Below, piece by piece: positions 1 to 12,920 of a stretch of 64,000 bases of DNA (position 1 is its first letter; each line of letters begins with the position of its first letter). Both the position numbers and the translations under genes were made by a program. Origin of the DNA: Ruditapes philippinarum (taxonomy: Eukaryota); assembly GCF_026571515.1 (NCBI RefSeq), contig NW_026857436.1, positions 1-64,000 on the forward strand, given 5' to 3'. The notes under the pieces were generated by a model that saw only the letters and a program-made list of their open reading frames with translations, searched no databases and was not told where the DNA came from.

Positions 1-521
1 TGAACTTTGAATTGCTTTGTCTATTGTTTCGTTGCTTCAACGCACTGTCTCGTCACTTCGACGCATCGTTTTTGGTCTAGTCCGCTTGGTGAATTGTTTA
101 TTCACTTTTTATCATCATCTCTGCTTCGGCGATTGTCTTATCGGGTCTTTGTATTGCATATATTGTCTTGTCACTTTGGTTTCTTGTTTGCTCGTGATAT
201 TGTCTCATCGCTTCGGCGAATAGTTTTTAAGCAATGAGACTGCGCTAAAGTGACTTACCGAAAACGCAATGAAATCACGCGACAATACTTTGAAGTAACA
301 GCGCGTTGTTAAGCCATTAGACGATGCACAAAAAAAAAACGACACAAAAAAGGAAATAAAAGAAAGGACAACAGAAACGTGACAATGCGCCAAAGCGACA
401 AGACGATACGCTGAAGCTACGAGACGATACGCCTAACGCATCATTCGTCATCCAGTCGTCTCGCAGCTTTGTATCAGAGGTCTCTAAAGCGAAGAATTGA
501 TGACCCTAACAGTACACCGTA
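1..521. mobile_element. Right end of a non-autonomous DNA transposon (IS3EU-like terminus ...CACCGTA), truncated by the window edge
   Basis: CG-rich degenerate short repeats (cgac/gacgatacg) end in ccctaacagtacaccgta. The CACCGTA end matches the element ending at 14109 and resembles ccctaacggcattccgta at 12109. Confidence 0.55.
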
Positions 522-1357
522 ATTCATAGATTATCAAATACCTATTAAAATCATGATTATTGTATTGTCAATATTTAAACAAGAGGTTTATAAATCACCT
601 CAATGACTGATTGATTTGATTTTATATCGTGCTGAATACAGTGACAAAAATATCAAGATTTTCATTTTCCAAGTTTTAAATAAAAAAATCATTCACTAAT
701 TTTTATAATTATTACCATTTTTTCTAGTGGCATAGTTTTAAACACTTGATGCTCGAACTTACTAAAATCAACACAAATCAATTTGATAAGGTTTGTTTTA
801 GATCGTATAAAAACTGTAGAAGTTTTGCCACGGTGTTCATATGACTTGTCCTGTAAAATGATGGTTACTGTATCCCAGATGACCGATATTTTAAATTGAA
901 CTAGAAAAGACCTACATTTTGAGCAGGTTGGAATTTGACAGGATAAAATTGTGGTTTCTAGAGTGTCATGGAATTTTTCTTTGATCCAAGCTTATCATCA
1001 AACTGTGAACAAAGCTTGATTACGATGCAATTGAAACTTTGGCCATCAAATGTGTTTGTAGGATTTCATGGAGAGATACAATTTACATCGACTTAACCTT
1101 TCATCCCCTTCCATACCATTATCTTTACCCACTGTATTTTAAAACGTTCCTGTATATAAACTATTATCGGATATCTTACTGCCTTCTATGATTACATAGA
1201 TAAGATAAGTATTTAAAATTTACTTTAAATTCACAAAATTTGACTTTAGTTTTTAATGACGCGATAGAGATTAAGGATTAGAATGACTAAAATCGTATTA
1301 TTATAAACTACCGTACAGATATACATAAAAGTGGTGGACTTTATCATGTTACAAATG

Positions 1358-1364
1358 CGGAAGT
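1358..1364 (+). promoter_or_regulatory. ETS-type GGAAGT motif upstream of paralog 1
   Basis: CGGAAGTAAAT lies ~120 bp before the ATG. An equivalent motif sits at a similar distance in paralogs 2, 3 and 4. Confidence 0.4.
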
Positions 1365-1478
1365 AAATAAGAATTAAATAAAATTTCTTTTTTGCATTTC
1401 CAGAAATCATAGCATAATATATTACGTTGTTCTCAACAAGGAAGAAATAATACAAGACGTGTTTAAAATCATGGAACC

Positions 1479-4400
1479 ATGGGGAAATTTTTTGGTATTC
1501 GAAGCTTATGTCTGGTGTTTGAGAAAGGAATGTCATCGGATTTGAGGAATCTTTGTTATGAGGCAGAAAAGGATGTCAGCATGATAGAAGGAAAAATTCA
1601 TTTAGGACACAGGAAAAAGATAGAAACCAATTAAAAAATTGATTGATGATGTAGCTCATATGAGAGTATGTAAGCGAGAAGAGGTGAAGGAAGTGCTATC
1701 GATATTTAACGAATACGTAAAACCATTCTTGGAGGTATATATATTATACTATTTATGTGTTGAGTTAAACAAAGAGTTGCTAAATTGTTTCCAATTAGCC
1801 GGGGTTTTTTTATATATAACACAGGGTAGAAGAACTACAACTCCCGGCGTGGGTTTGTTTTGTATACAAAATGTATTTAAATAAAAGCCTAAAAACATAA
1901 ATACTTAAAAACTTTTTGTCACAGTTCTCATGTCACCGACTCTCAAATTCATATATCAAGTTAAACTGTATTAATTAATAAACACGCTGTTAATACATTA
2001 ACAATGAATTGTATATTGTCTGTTTTAAGGAGGAAGAAAGAAAAAAATCTGATATTGATAAAGGCTCAAAGAAAGATCCTGTTAACAAAGATGATGATAA
2101 CTTCAGTGGAACAAACGAGAATGAGAAACAAAAATTAGATAATAATACCCTACAAACAAAACATCTTCAGGATATGAACACGTAAGTTCAGATATTACAG
2201 TGATTATACGAATTATGCTCGTAATAAGCTTTGTGTGCCATATACTTAACGATACTGTAGGACCATTGTATTTTTTGAAAATTTTCAACAATATTGCGAG
2301 ACTATTCAAAAGATATACATGTAATATGTCTTACCCAAAATATATTCACGGAATTAAATTTGAAAATGTGTTTTTTCCAATATGACTTAAGAAAAGAAAA
2401 TGGCACTTAACATTCATTGTCATAGATTTTATTGTGTCAGAGAGATGCATCAGATATATATTTACATTATACATAGTTTGTATCTAAAACATAGTCATAA
2501 TTTTTTTTTCAAAAGGCTATCCCCCAACACCCTTTAAACAATTCTTGGATACGGTACAATATAACACATTTTTGCTGTTTAACTTCAGACCAATAAAAAG
2601 AGGAATAGAAGGACTTGTTGATGCATTTCGAGAGCTTTTCTTGAATGGTCATTGGAAAACACTTTTTGATGATATCTCGAAACACACAAATTCCCAGCAT
2701 CTGAGCACTGAATGCATTATGGAAATAGTAAAGGTAAAACATTTAAAAATATATATGAAAGATGTAAAAGAATCTTTATCTTGATTTTTTTACCGATGAC
2801 GAGTGGATTGGATTTTTCCAGGCTACGACCTTAAGAGGCGCGGCGGCACCATGTGTTACTTTTTTTTAAGTTTATATATCCAAATTATCTAATTAGAAAT
2901 GAACAAAATTTGCAATAGTTTATCTTATTCATCACTAATAATATTCGAACGTGTTAGGCTTTCATTGTATAAAAGGTCTGGATGTACAAGATAAAGAAAT
3001 ACAGATGACTCTTGCATATATTGTCCTTCTACTTATCGTATTTTAAACTGTTTAAAGTGACTGTTAAATTTCTATTCATTAAAAAGCAATTTACTTATAT
3101 TCAACAGAAAGCGTTTAAAATAAGTAAGATTGAGGCTGCCAATCAGATAAGTTTTGCCGGACAGTGTGCAAAACAGATAGTAGAGACTGGGGAGACTGGG
3201 GATGTACGTATACATACTCAGATTTATTTTTATACCTTCTTTTACTTTGCATTGTATTAAATCTGTGTAGTTAAAATCTAATGTTATTTGCCAGACAAAT
3301 ATTGGTGTGTTTATGAAGTATCATAGAAATCAGGAAAAAAAATGATATGAGCCGCGTCACGACAAAACCAACATAATGGGTTTGCGACCAGCATGGATCC
3401 AGACCAGCCTGCGCATCCGCGCAGTCTGATCAGGATCCATGCTGTTCGCTATCAGTTTCTCTACTTGTTATAGGACTTGTAAGCGAACAGCATGGATCCT
3501 GATCAGACTGCGCGGATGCGCAGGCTGGTCTGGATCCATGCTGGTCGCAAACCCACTATGTTGGTTTTGTCGTGACGCGGCTCAAATTGCTAAAGAGATG
3601 ATAAATGTGTAACACCTCTCACGCCTTTTAGTGGAGTTTATCTGTTAATATTTAAAACGTTTTGGATATTATATTCTAAAGGAAAAGTTATTCTAACTAA
3701 TCATATTCATGAAAAGTTTCGTGTAACATGCGGTTTTTTTATATCTGAAAATATTTGTGCAAAGTCCATTAATGAGTGTGTTCGAAATAATTAATTAATT
3801 GTCCTTTACTTTCTGAAGGTGTCTCCTGACAATATCCATTCTTCAAAGCATATGGAATCCTCGGACGAACTACTTCGTAGATATAGATATATACATGCAG
3901 ATATGTCAACAGAAAGGCTTCAAGGAGTAATGTTCATTTCCATATATTTTTTCATTTTTAATGAGTGTAATTTTAAACAGTGCGAAAAAAGTTTTGATCC
4001 AAAAGGAATTAATTTGTATTATTGTCTGCCAATGAACATATTGAAGGTAGAAAATTAATTTAAACAATATCCCTCATTAATTGTATGTGTGCCTTTAAAT
4101 TGTATTAAAAAGTCTAATTTTAAGAGCATACTCCAGTTCTAAAACTAACAAATACAGGCGTCGTATGAAAAAACGTGGTGGTAACCCTATAGGTGTCGAA
4201 TCCACAATCCCTGTACTGATAGGCTTACAAATTCACCACTACGCCACCGCTTTCCTTTAAATGGTTATTTTGATTTCCTTAATTTCGGCTTTTTAAATAT
4301 GTATTGTACGAAACGGTATTTCTTCAAACTTAAATGGTTTTAAAGAAAATCCATTTGATTGATTTAATTATCAAGACATTACCAGCTATCCTATTTTTAA

Positions 4401-4718
4401 CGCGTTATGACAATGCTTATATTCTCTTTATTTCAGCTTCTTTTACAAGAAGTGAAAACATTCCTTCTTGACACTTACAATATTAAGATGGATGGGAATA
4501 AAAACCTTGTATTGTTCACACGTGACTGTGCTGCCATAACATGGTTAATGTGTGTTGAGGACCCACCAATTGATATGGTATATGACAAATTTTCAGACAG
4601 AATGGACGAGAACAAATATGACATTATAAAAGGAAAACCATTTAAAAACATTGTGTGGCCTGCATTACAATTTGAAGGCGCTGGAAGCATGTTATCAAAA
4701 GGAGTAATATGGTGTTAA
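1479..4718 (+). CDS. Mieap (SPATA18)-like domain protein, paralog 1; six exons; one +1 frameshift in exon 1 (pseudogene or sequence error)
   Basis: Exons 1479-1734 (MGKFFGIRSLCLVFEKGMSSDLRNLCYEAEKD...IET/IKKLIDDV...VKPFLE, extra base near 1630), 2030-2181, 2589-2733 (AFRELFLNGHWKTLF), 3108-3203, 3819-3926 (LLRRYR) and 4437-4718 (CAAITWLMCVEDPP...IVWPALQFEGAGSMLSKGVI). All introns are GT-AG with phases 0,2,0,0,0. About 345 aa if corrected. Confidence 0.8.
3348..3584. mobile_element. Palindromic MITE, copy 1 (intron 4 of paralog 1)
   Basis: ~100 bp inverted arms (tgagccgcgtcacgacaaaaccaac...gttggttttgtcgtgacgcggctca) around a short spacer; six copies in the window. Confidence 0.9.
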
Positions 4719-5439
4719 TAGTTATGATTGATATAGAGTCGAAATCGGAGACGACCAGAACAGAGTAAAAAGTTATTTGCTGTACATACCGGTAGTTAGT
4801 TCATTGATAATATTGCAGGGCTTTTTTCCACAGGTTGGGGAAGCAGCCATGTCCTTAATTTTTGGGGGAAATTACACGGTGTATTTGCAAAAGGGAAAAA
4901 AAGCTTAATGTAAATTTAATTTTTTGGGAAAACTGCATGATTTTAAAGAATTTCTCTTTGGAGAAGCAGCCTTATACCGGCCCCTGCAATAGATGGTTAA
5001 AACCCCTGTATGGATATATTTTAAATTCATTATTTGCCAATGTCCCTAGAAAAAATGTAAAAAAATAAAGATTTTCTTTGATATTTTAACATACGTTCCC
5101 ATTTCTTTTCAAACTCCAAAGGTGTACATTTTATGAAAGTGATTAAATATCAGCAGACTATTGATATCGCTCTAATTCGTTATGGTAGAATAAGTGTACT
5201 GTATGGAAGATTTTTCTTTTCACAATCAGTTAAACGAGAATGTTATTTGTTTATTTTTGCGATGATATCTACAAAACACAAAGATTCATGTCTTGTCACA
5301 ATTAGAGTTTTAAACTGTAAATATATTGAAGGACACTACAAAACCTAGGGTAAATGTCTCTCTTTATCGTTAATTTGAACATGTATCTTATAAAAATAAA
5401 ACCATTGTATGTTATATAGCGTTAAGTTAGTTTATCATT

Positions 5440-5535
5440 AACCGCATAATACAAAACCAGGAAGTAAAATGACAGTATATGTTCCATGAATTCGTGTACT
5501 TTTCTTTTAAAATCTGCTTATGTTAAACTTTATTC
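5440..5535 (+). promoter_or_regulatory. Orphan copy of the paralog-2/3 proximal promoter region
   Basis: aatacaaaaccaggaagtaaaatgacagtatatgttccatgaat...tttcttttaaa...tgttaaact aligns by eye with aataccaatccaggaagtataaatgaagtagttttccatgaat...tttcttttaaa...tgttaaaact (17368-17450). Confidence 0.6.
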
Positions 5536-6780
5536 AAAAGGTTATTGCCTTATACATGTAACTTAAACTTTGTTGTGTTGACATACAAAGAGTTGATTTT
5601 ATTGATAAAACTGTACACGTAGTACAACTGAATGAAACGAGAAGCAGTCAAAAACTTACGGTGTCCTTATCGTGCCATTTAGAATGTCGTCCGTCGCGTC
5701 TAAGGGTAGACACACGACAATGCGAAGTGACATCGCGACAATGCGAAGCGACGCTCGACAACGCGAAGCGATATGCGACAATGCGAAGCGACGCTCGACA
5801 GTGTCAAACGATATGTCGCACTGTCGCCTAGAAATGTCGCGGTAAAAAAAGGGCGACATTTAAGAAATGTCGCTTCGCGTTGTCGAGTGTCGCTTCGCAT
5901 TGTCGAGCGTCGCTTCGCGTTGTCGCGATGTCACTTCGCGTTGTCGCGATGTCACTTCGCGTTGTCGCATTGTCACTTCGCATTGTCGAGTGTCGAGGTT
6001 GGTAGAAGTGCATACCACGACACTCGACAATGCGAAACGACAACGCGACAATGCGATACGACGCTCGACAATGCGAAGTGACACTCGACATCGCGAAGCG
6101 ACATTTTTTAAAATGTCGAGTAAATGTCGCGTTATTTTTATGATTTTTACACCGCGACGCTCAACATTGCGAAGCGACACTCGACAATGCGAAGCGATAC
6201 TCGACAACGCGAAGCGACACTCGACAATGCGAAGCGACATTTGGAATAATATCGTATCGCATTGTCGTGCGTCTACCGGTGCTTGGTCAGAATTTACTAA
6301 CTCACCGACAAACGGTGCGATCATGGAAGGGGTCGCACTAAACTGCTGACGAATTAGCTGACGATATAGAATATATAGGAAACTGCTGACCAGTTAAACA
6401 AAGAAGGATTATCGAAAACTGCTGACCAGTTACACAAAGAAGGGAAACATTGAAGGTGTCAAATTGCCGTTGGTGATATTACAGGCGAGGTCGAGAAATA
6501 CTTGATAAAATGTTTTTTCAAGATGTCAATATTACAAATGATACATATTAATTATAAAAAATTCAATTGATTTATACTGTAATATTTCTCAATTTATTTT
6601 GATATAATATTTTATTTAAGTACCTTAATGAATTTTCTTCAACGTGTTATATATTGGTTAAAATTTTAAAAATGTAGTCAAAATATGATGTACGAAAAAT
6701 CATAATTTGTTTCAAGTATGTATAAAACTTTAATACACTTGTTACTATATATAGTAACAAAATTGCCTATGATTTCAACT

Positions 6781-7362
6781 GATTATGAGTGTCACGTGAC
6801 CTATTATGAGTTTGCGGCCCGGGCCGAGAACTAGTTATCAGCCCGCAGAACATGTACACGTGCACAAACTGAAACAATGACGTCATATTTTACGTCATCA
6901 AACAGTTAACTGTAAAATTGAAAGTAGGTTGTCAGCACGAATCGCTTTATTTTTATTATGAGAGCTTAAGCGTATTTTAGTACAAACACATTTTTTTGTT
7001 ACTATTGAAATTTGAAGAAATAATACGACAAATTTATTCCGAAAAAAATGAAAATAAAACTTGCTTCTAGATTCTACTGCTTGAACACACAAACAGTAAA
7101 CATCTCTGTACAGAACAGTAGAAGAGTAGACAAGAATGTCAACAAAAGAACTTTGTTTGTTTTTTTTTTCTTTTCTTTTTTTAAATGCTACTATTAGATC
7201 ATCCAAGTGTATTAAAGACATTAATACACGTCAGAGTAGGGCCGGAAGGTGATAATCGGCCCTAAATGAATAATGGCCTCGGGCTAAAGCCCTCGGGTCC
7301 ATTATTCATTTTGCGGGCCGATTATCACCTTCCGGCCCTCACCTGCCGTGTATTAACCTCTT
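6781..7362. mobile_element. Small non-autonomous element with a terminal ~140 bp hairpin
   Basis: Palindrome at 7220-7357 centred on ctcg-ggctaaagcc-ctcg and ending attaacctct. The left boundary is approximate. Confidence 0.55.
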
Positions 7363-7465
7363 AATGCATCATAGGTTAAAATATATACATGTACATATAC
7401 GTAATGTATATTTTAACAAAAATATAATTATTATGTCGTATTTAGCGCAAATATGAAATAAAGTG

Positions 7466-7818
7466 ATTTATCACACACCCGTGCCGATTTTGCGACTCCG
7501 TAAATATGGTATTGCACGGCCGTGCATATATTTTGACGTGACGTCATTAGCGTTATACAAACATAGTGTAATGACGCGCTAAATGTTAGCGTTATACTAT
7601 AGGCGCGTCAATGAAAAATGACTCTTATTTCTCTTTAAACGGTCTTTATTTTGGGTATGTGATAAATAGAATATTAAATTCGTGTAAGTTCATTACTGAA
7701 TTTATTGCACTCGTTGAATAAAATAATATTATGCTCGCCAGAGGCTCGCATAATATAATTTTATTCAACTCGTGCAATAAATTCACTATTGAACTTACAC
7801 TCATTCAATATCCTCTAT
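7466..7818. mobile_element. Small non-autonomous element with a terminal ~145 bp hairpin
   Basis: Inner inverted repeat tttatcacacaccc...gggtatgtgataaa, then a palindrome at 7668-7812 centred on ctcg-ccagagg-ctcg and ending aatatcctct. Confidence 0.6.
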
Positions 7819-8909
7819 TTCTGTTTCCTTATTTGTTGTTGTATAATTGTATAAGTAATATTGAACAAAAATTAATAATGTGCTAATTGTTATAGTTAAT
7901 AAGCTTTTATTACATTATAAACAACATGTTTCCACAGATATCCATTAAACTGATAATTTATCGAGATCGATATGCCCCAAGGTCATATTAAAATCGATTT
8001 CACACGCGACGTGTCATTCTTGATTTATCTATGACAAAATACAATAAACAGTCAAAAATATGTTTATTAAAATGCTGACCATATTGTAGAATCTGCTGAA
8101 AAGTTAGATATTAAAACAAATTATCATCCTAGGACAGTAACAGAGATAGTGATGACGTAAACAATCAAAACAAACGAAAGAAACAACGTACTGTCCTAGG
8201 ATGATAATTTGGTCTTAACGGTACATGGGAAAGTCCAAAAACGGGGTTATCTGGATTATTATCCGATATCGTAAAAGTAAACACTTACAAATACTATATA
8301 GCATTATTCTTACAGTATCGTTTGCGTATTACCGTTATGGTTCTGTCGGTAGATCGAAATTATTTGTAACTTTTAGAGTTTTGTTCTCATAGGTTCGAAC
8401 CCCAAGTAGTGCCATTTTATAACCACAGGTTTTTCTTCTTGCTCTGTTTTTTTATCATTATAATTATTCATTTATTTTCGTTTTCCTTTTTGTTTTCTTC
8501 TTATGATATATATTTTATAGTATATATTTATTTTTTATTTCTATTCTTTTTTCTTTTTGTATTTTTTGATCACAGTGAAATAAAATATTCGATCTCATAT
8601 TCATGTATGCATAAAAACCGGTCAAACAATTGACTGTTCTGAGGTAAAAAAAATGTACCAGTAGTCGAACTTCTGTCTGTACGGATAAACTCATTACTGA
8701 CACGGTTGCTCTACCTGCTGCGCTAACAAGACATATGATAACATGTAGTTTTATTTTCATTTTTATAGATTGTGGCATTGATCTGCCTAACCTATTTTTC
8801 GCATTGTTATTGGTCTTTGTTATGTAAACAAAGGCTCAAGTTATCATCCTAGGACAGTAGTGACATATTTGTATACGATACACCAACAGTAAGTAAAATA
8901 AATAGTGAA

Positions 8910-9790
8910 ATGAGTACTAATGGAACTTTTCAACAATCATTTACTGGACAATTATTGCAGTCACCTCCGTATCAGTATAATCAACAATATCTTGGTCCAC
9001 TACCGCCAGGTACACCAATGATGAATCAAGGTACAAACCAAACTCCACCATGGGCTATAGCTATGATGGAAACTATGAACTCCCGTCTTGATAAAGATCG
9101 ACTCCCGACTTGATAAAATTGACAATATTGAAAAAAGTAGTAAACTCAATGTGCTTGAAACTCAATGATCTAGATATTAAGGTAAAAAGTATAGAGTCGC
9201 GAGTTTGCGATGTAGAAAACAACAGTACATTTATCAGTGAAAAGTATGATAAGCAAACAACAGAATTAGCGTCAACTAAAGATAGTGTAAAGACCATGCA
9301 AAATCATGTGACACGTTAAATTCTACAATCAAAACATTAAGTAAAACCCAGGTAGAACTTAGAACACGCATCTTGGACAACGAATTTAGAAATATGAAGG
9401 ACAATCTAATATTTTATGGCTTACCGGAAGTACATACACTCACCGAAGCATCCTGTTATTAACAAGTTCCTCTACAAGTAACACTGACCAAAAAATATTA
9501 ATTTTCGCCAACACATATTATACAGCAAACAGACCCTAATTCATGTCCTCTATTTGTAAAGAATTTATTAAAAATCCATTAAAAATCAGTACTGAGATAG
9601 AGTTTATAGAGCCCATCGCCTTGGTACACTAACAACCCCCGAAAATCCAAAGACCGATTGTTGTGAAAATTTCACAAGTATAAAGTCACAGAGAAATAGT
9701 AAGGAATACAGCTTTCCATATGAAGGATGTCCTTAAAAACATAGATAATGGTGTTGGCAGTACAAATACCCAAAGAGTGGCGAGATGCCA
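8910..9790 (+). pseudogene. Degenerate LINE ORF1 (coiled coil plus RRM-like)
   Basis: Frameshifted fragments PPWAIAMMETMNSRLDK, LDIKVKSIESRVCDVENN, ILDNEFRNMKDNLIFYGLPE and RAHRLG...RPIVV are typical of ORF1 in CR1/L2-group LINEs. Confidence 0.7.
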
Positions 9791-11865
9791 TTGAATGCTT
9801 GAGCCAGAAAGAGCATTAAATAGAGCAAGAAAGTATTTTGAGAAATAATAGAACGAACGAGAATAAAAGCATTTTCATAAATAAAAGAAAGGTATATAAG
9901 ATATAAAACTTAGATGTAAACGTTTATTCAAAAAGACAGAGGGGAAACGAGTGTCAAAATTAGCAAAATGTAACCCAAAGTCTTTTTTGGAGAAATGTGA
10001 GAACACAATACAGGCAACCTACTATAGAAAATAGAAACATAAGTATTGATGATATGTATATACATTTTAATAGTTTGTACGGTTCTACACCACTGTATGA
10101 TCATGAAAATAATGATGTACATAATGATTACATATATGATAATGATTTAGATGTTGAATTTACATCGATGGAGATAAAAAATGCAATATTTTCGCAAAAC
10201 AATTCCAAATGCCCAGGTACTGACCATCTGATTGCAGAAGTATTTAAAAATTCAATTGATATAATTTGTCCATTTCTCACACGCTTTTATAATAAAATAT
10301 TTAATGATGGCGTATTTCCTGAATGCTGGGGAGAAGGTATTATAGTACCAATTTTTAAAGGTGGAGCTCATGAAGCAAAAAACTTTCGCGGAATTACCTT
10401 AAATAATATTTTGTCCAAAATATACTCAAAATTATTTAATTTTATCCATGAAATATGGTGCTATATCAGTCAAATATATTTCATATTTTTAAAAAATAAA
10501 TATGAAATAAAAATATGAAAGTGGGCGGAGTTAAAACTCATATTTATTTTAAGGGACTTCTTTCGCCATTTTGTTTGAAAAATCTGATAAATAAAAAACA
10601 ACTTTTTGTTGAATTTTGCTTTGAAAACTATCTAGAATGATAGAAAATGGTCTAACTAAGAAAATTAATCTGAACACCAATATCTTAAATTCAGTTATTA
10701 ACGCTATACAGACGTTTAAACAGTTGTTTACGTGACGTCACAATGTAGCGCCAAATATATCGCGTGCAAAACAAGACGCAATAATATATTACTGCGCGCT
10801 GTACAATTGCAGTTGCGTAGCAAGCAATAGATTTTTCTTTGATAATGAAATTAAATAAAAAGGTTATTTTTTCGTTTTTCGTGAAATATGGTATATATTT
10901 TCACTCAACATGATAAAATGCCACATATTTTCACTCGCCGTCCCGGCTCGTGAAAATATGTGGCATTTTATCATGTACAATATCCTCTTAGTATTGATAG
11001 GGTTTTATTATGGAGAAAGTTACTGAATGAAAATATAAGTACAAAATAAGTGCAATCAAGTGCAATCAAGTCAATGTATGGTATTGTTAAATCTTTTGTT
11101 AAATATAAAAACATGCATTCTGATCTAATTAATTCTAAGATTGGAGTAAAACAAGGAGATCCAGCAAGTAGCATATTGTGTTTATTTTTTCTCAATGATA
11201 TATTAAATAATATAAATAGGAACATTCCTGGTATTGTTAACATTGATGATATACAGGTATTTTTGTTGTTATTTGCAGACGACGCTGTAGTTTTCACACA
11301 TGATCCAAATTCATTACAATCTATCTTGAATGATATAGAACATTATTGCAATATGTGGAATCTGAAATTAAATGTATCTAAAACAAAAGTAATGATTTTT
11401 GAAAATGGTAGACATACATCTTATGATTTCTTTTTGTATAACACTAGAATTGAAATTGTAGAATCTTTTAAATATTTAGGTGTGTATCTTTTTAAAAATG
11501 GGAACTGGAACAGAACTCAAAAATATATTGCGCAACATGCGTCATATTCACTACACAATCTATTTATTGTATGTAACCAGTTGGAACTTCCAGTTTCCCA
11601 AATGATAAGTTTATTTGATAGTATTGTTTTACCAACATTAAATTATGCTGCAGAAGTGTGGGGGCATCATGCTGGTCCGAACATAGAAATTATACATACA
11701 AAGTTTTGTAGAAGATTGTTATGTGTGAAACAATCAACCAATGTAGATGTATTATATGGTGAACTTGGTCGTACACCAATGTCCATTCATAGAAAACTAA
11801 TATTGATCAAATACTGGTTAAAACTTCTTAAACTTAATGAAAGAACTATATTGTATAAAATTTAA
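9790..11865 (+). pseudogene. Degenerate LINE ORF2 reverse transcriptase (endonuclease deleted, interrupted, 3' truncated)
   Basis: KCPGTD..IAEVFK, FPECWGEGIIVPIFKGG..NFRGITL (9997-10435); GVKQGDPAS, LLFADDAVVF, FKYLGV (11050-11865). The GFR..F.D..KAFD segment is missing at the insertion site. Confidence 0.9.
10437..10990. mobile_element. Hairpin-type non-autonomous element inserted in the LINE RT
   Basis: Breaks the RT frame. Terminal palindrome at 10908-10976 centred on ctcg-ccgtcccgg-ctcg, ending aatatcctct like the element at 7466-7818. Confidence 0.7.
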
Positions 11866-11875
11866 CTGTATAAAA

Positions 11876-12109
11876 CTACGATGGTGAAAACGCGACAGTA
11901 CGATGGTGAAAACACGATAGTTTGTCGCGTTTTCATCATCGTAGTATCGTACTGTCGCGTTTTCATCATCGTACTATCGCGTTTTCATCATCGTACTTTC
12001 GCGTTTTCACCATCGTAGTTTCGTGATTTCGCGTTTTCACCATCGTACTATCGACTATCGCGTTTCAGATCAACACATTCATAGGCGATGGCCCTAACGG
12101 CATTCCGTA
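11876..12109. mobile_element. Fragment (one end) of another ...CCGTA-terminated non-autonomous DNA element that truncates the LINE
   Basis: ~21-bp repeats tacgatggtgaaaacgcga / tcgcgttttcaccatcgta in both orientations, ending gccctaacggcattccgta. Confidence 0.7.
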
Positions 12110-12461
12110 ATAATCGCCGTAAACAAGCTGTTTATTTACGTATGACATCATAATTTACACTGAATATCATGTTATACTATCCTATGATGTCACAAAATTA
12201 AAACGAGAGATTGCATTAAAATTACATCTTTTTAGCAACTTTTTATTCGAGTAGCTATCATCATGAAAATCAAAGTGCTCCGTGGTTCGTTGATCATGTT
12301 GCCATGGTGATCGGCGCTTTGCGAATATTACTTTTATCATGTTTTTTAATTTAGAAATATGTAGCAGATAAATACTTAAGTAAAGTATTAAATCATCATA
12401 TTGATATGTCTGCTTAAAATAATTTTATAGCCTTGTCTACGAACTTTCCGGACAGCCCTCG

Positions 12462-12920
12462 TATATAGGGAAACTGCTGACCAGTTAGATATATAGAGAA
12501 AAATATATTTTGCCGTGAAATTGGAATTCATTTTTATTATGTATGCAAATTCAATTTATTTTATAAAATTATGTCGACATTTAATTAAGTAAAAACACTG
12601 CTGACCAATTTAATGTTATTTCAAATTGATTTAAGCCGTAAAACTCTTCTTATTCTATATGGTTAGCAAATTTAACGCTCTTTACATTCAGGCGAGAAAA
12701 TGCTGACCAGTTAAATATATACACATGTAGTAGAATCTGCTGACCAGTTAGATATATAGGGAAACTGCTGACCAGTTAGAAATATAGAAAAAAATATATT
12801 TTGTCGTGAAATTTTAATTCATTTTATAATGTACGAAATTCAATATATTGTATAAAATTTTGTCGACATTTAATTAAGTTAAAACACTGCTGACTTATTT
12901 AATATTAATTCAAATTGCAA
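12462..12920. repeat. Local direct duplication (~290 bp spacing) carrying the ACTGCTGACCAGTT motif
   Basis: 12462-12630 matches 12754-12918. The motif also recurs in the inner part of both TIRs. Confidence 0.7.

Noticed and set aside
5656-6349. Many overlapping Arg/Cys-rich ORFs on both strands (also 13399-14225)
   Set aside because: By-products of the stop-poor short repeats in the transposon TIRs.
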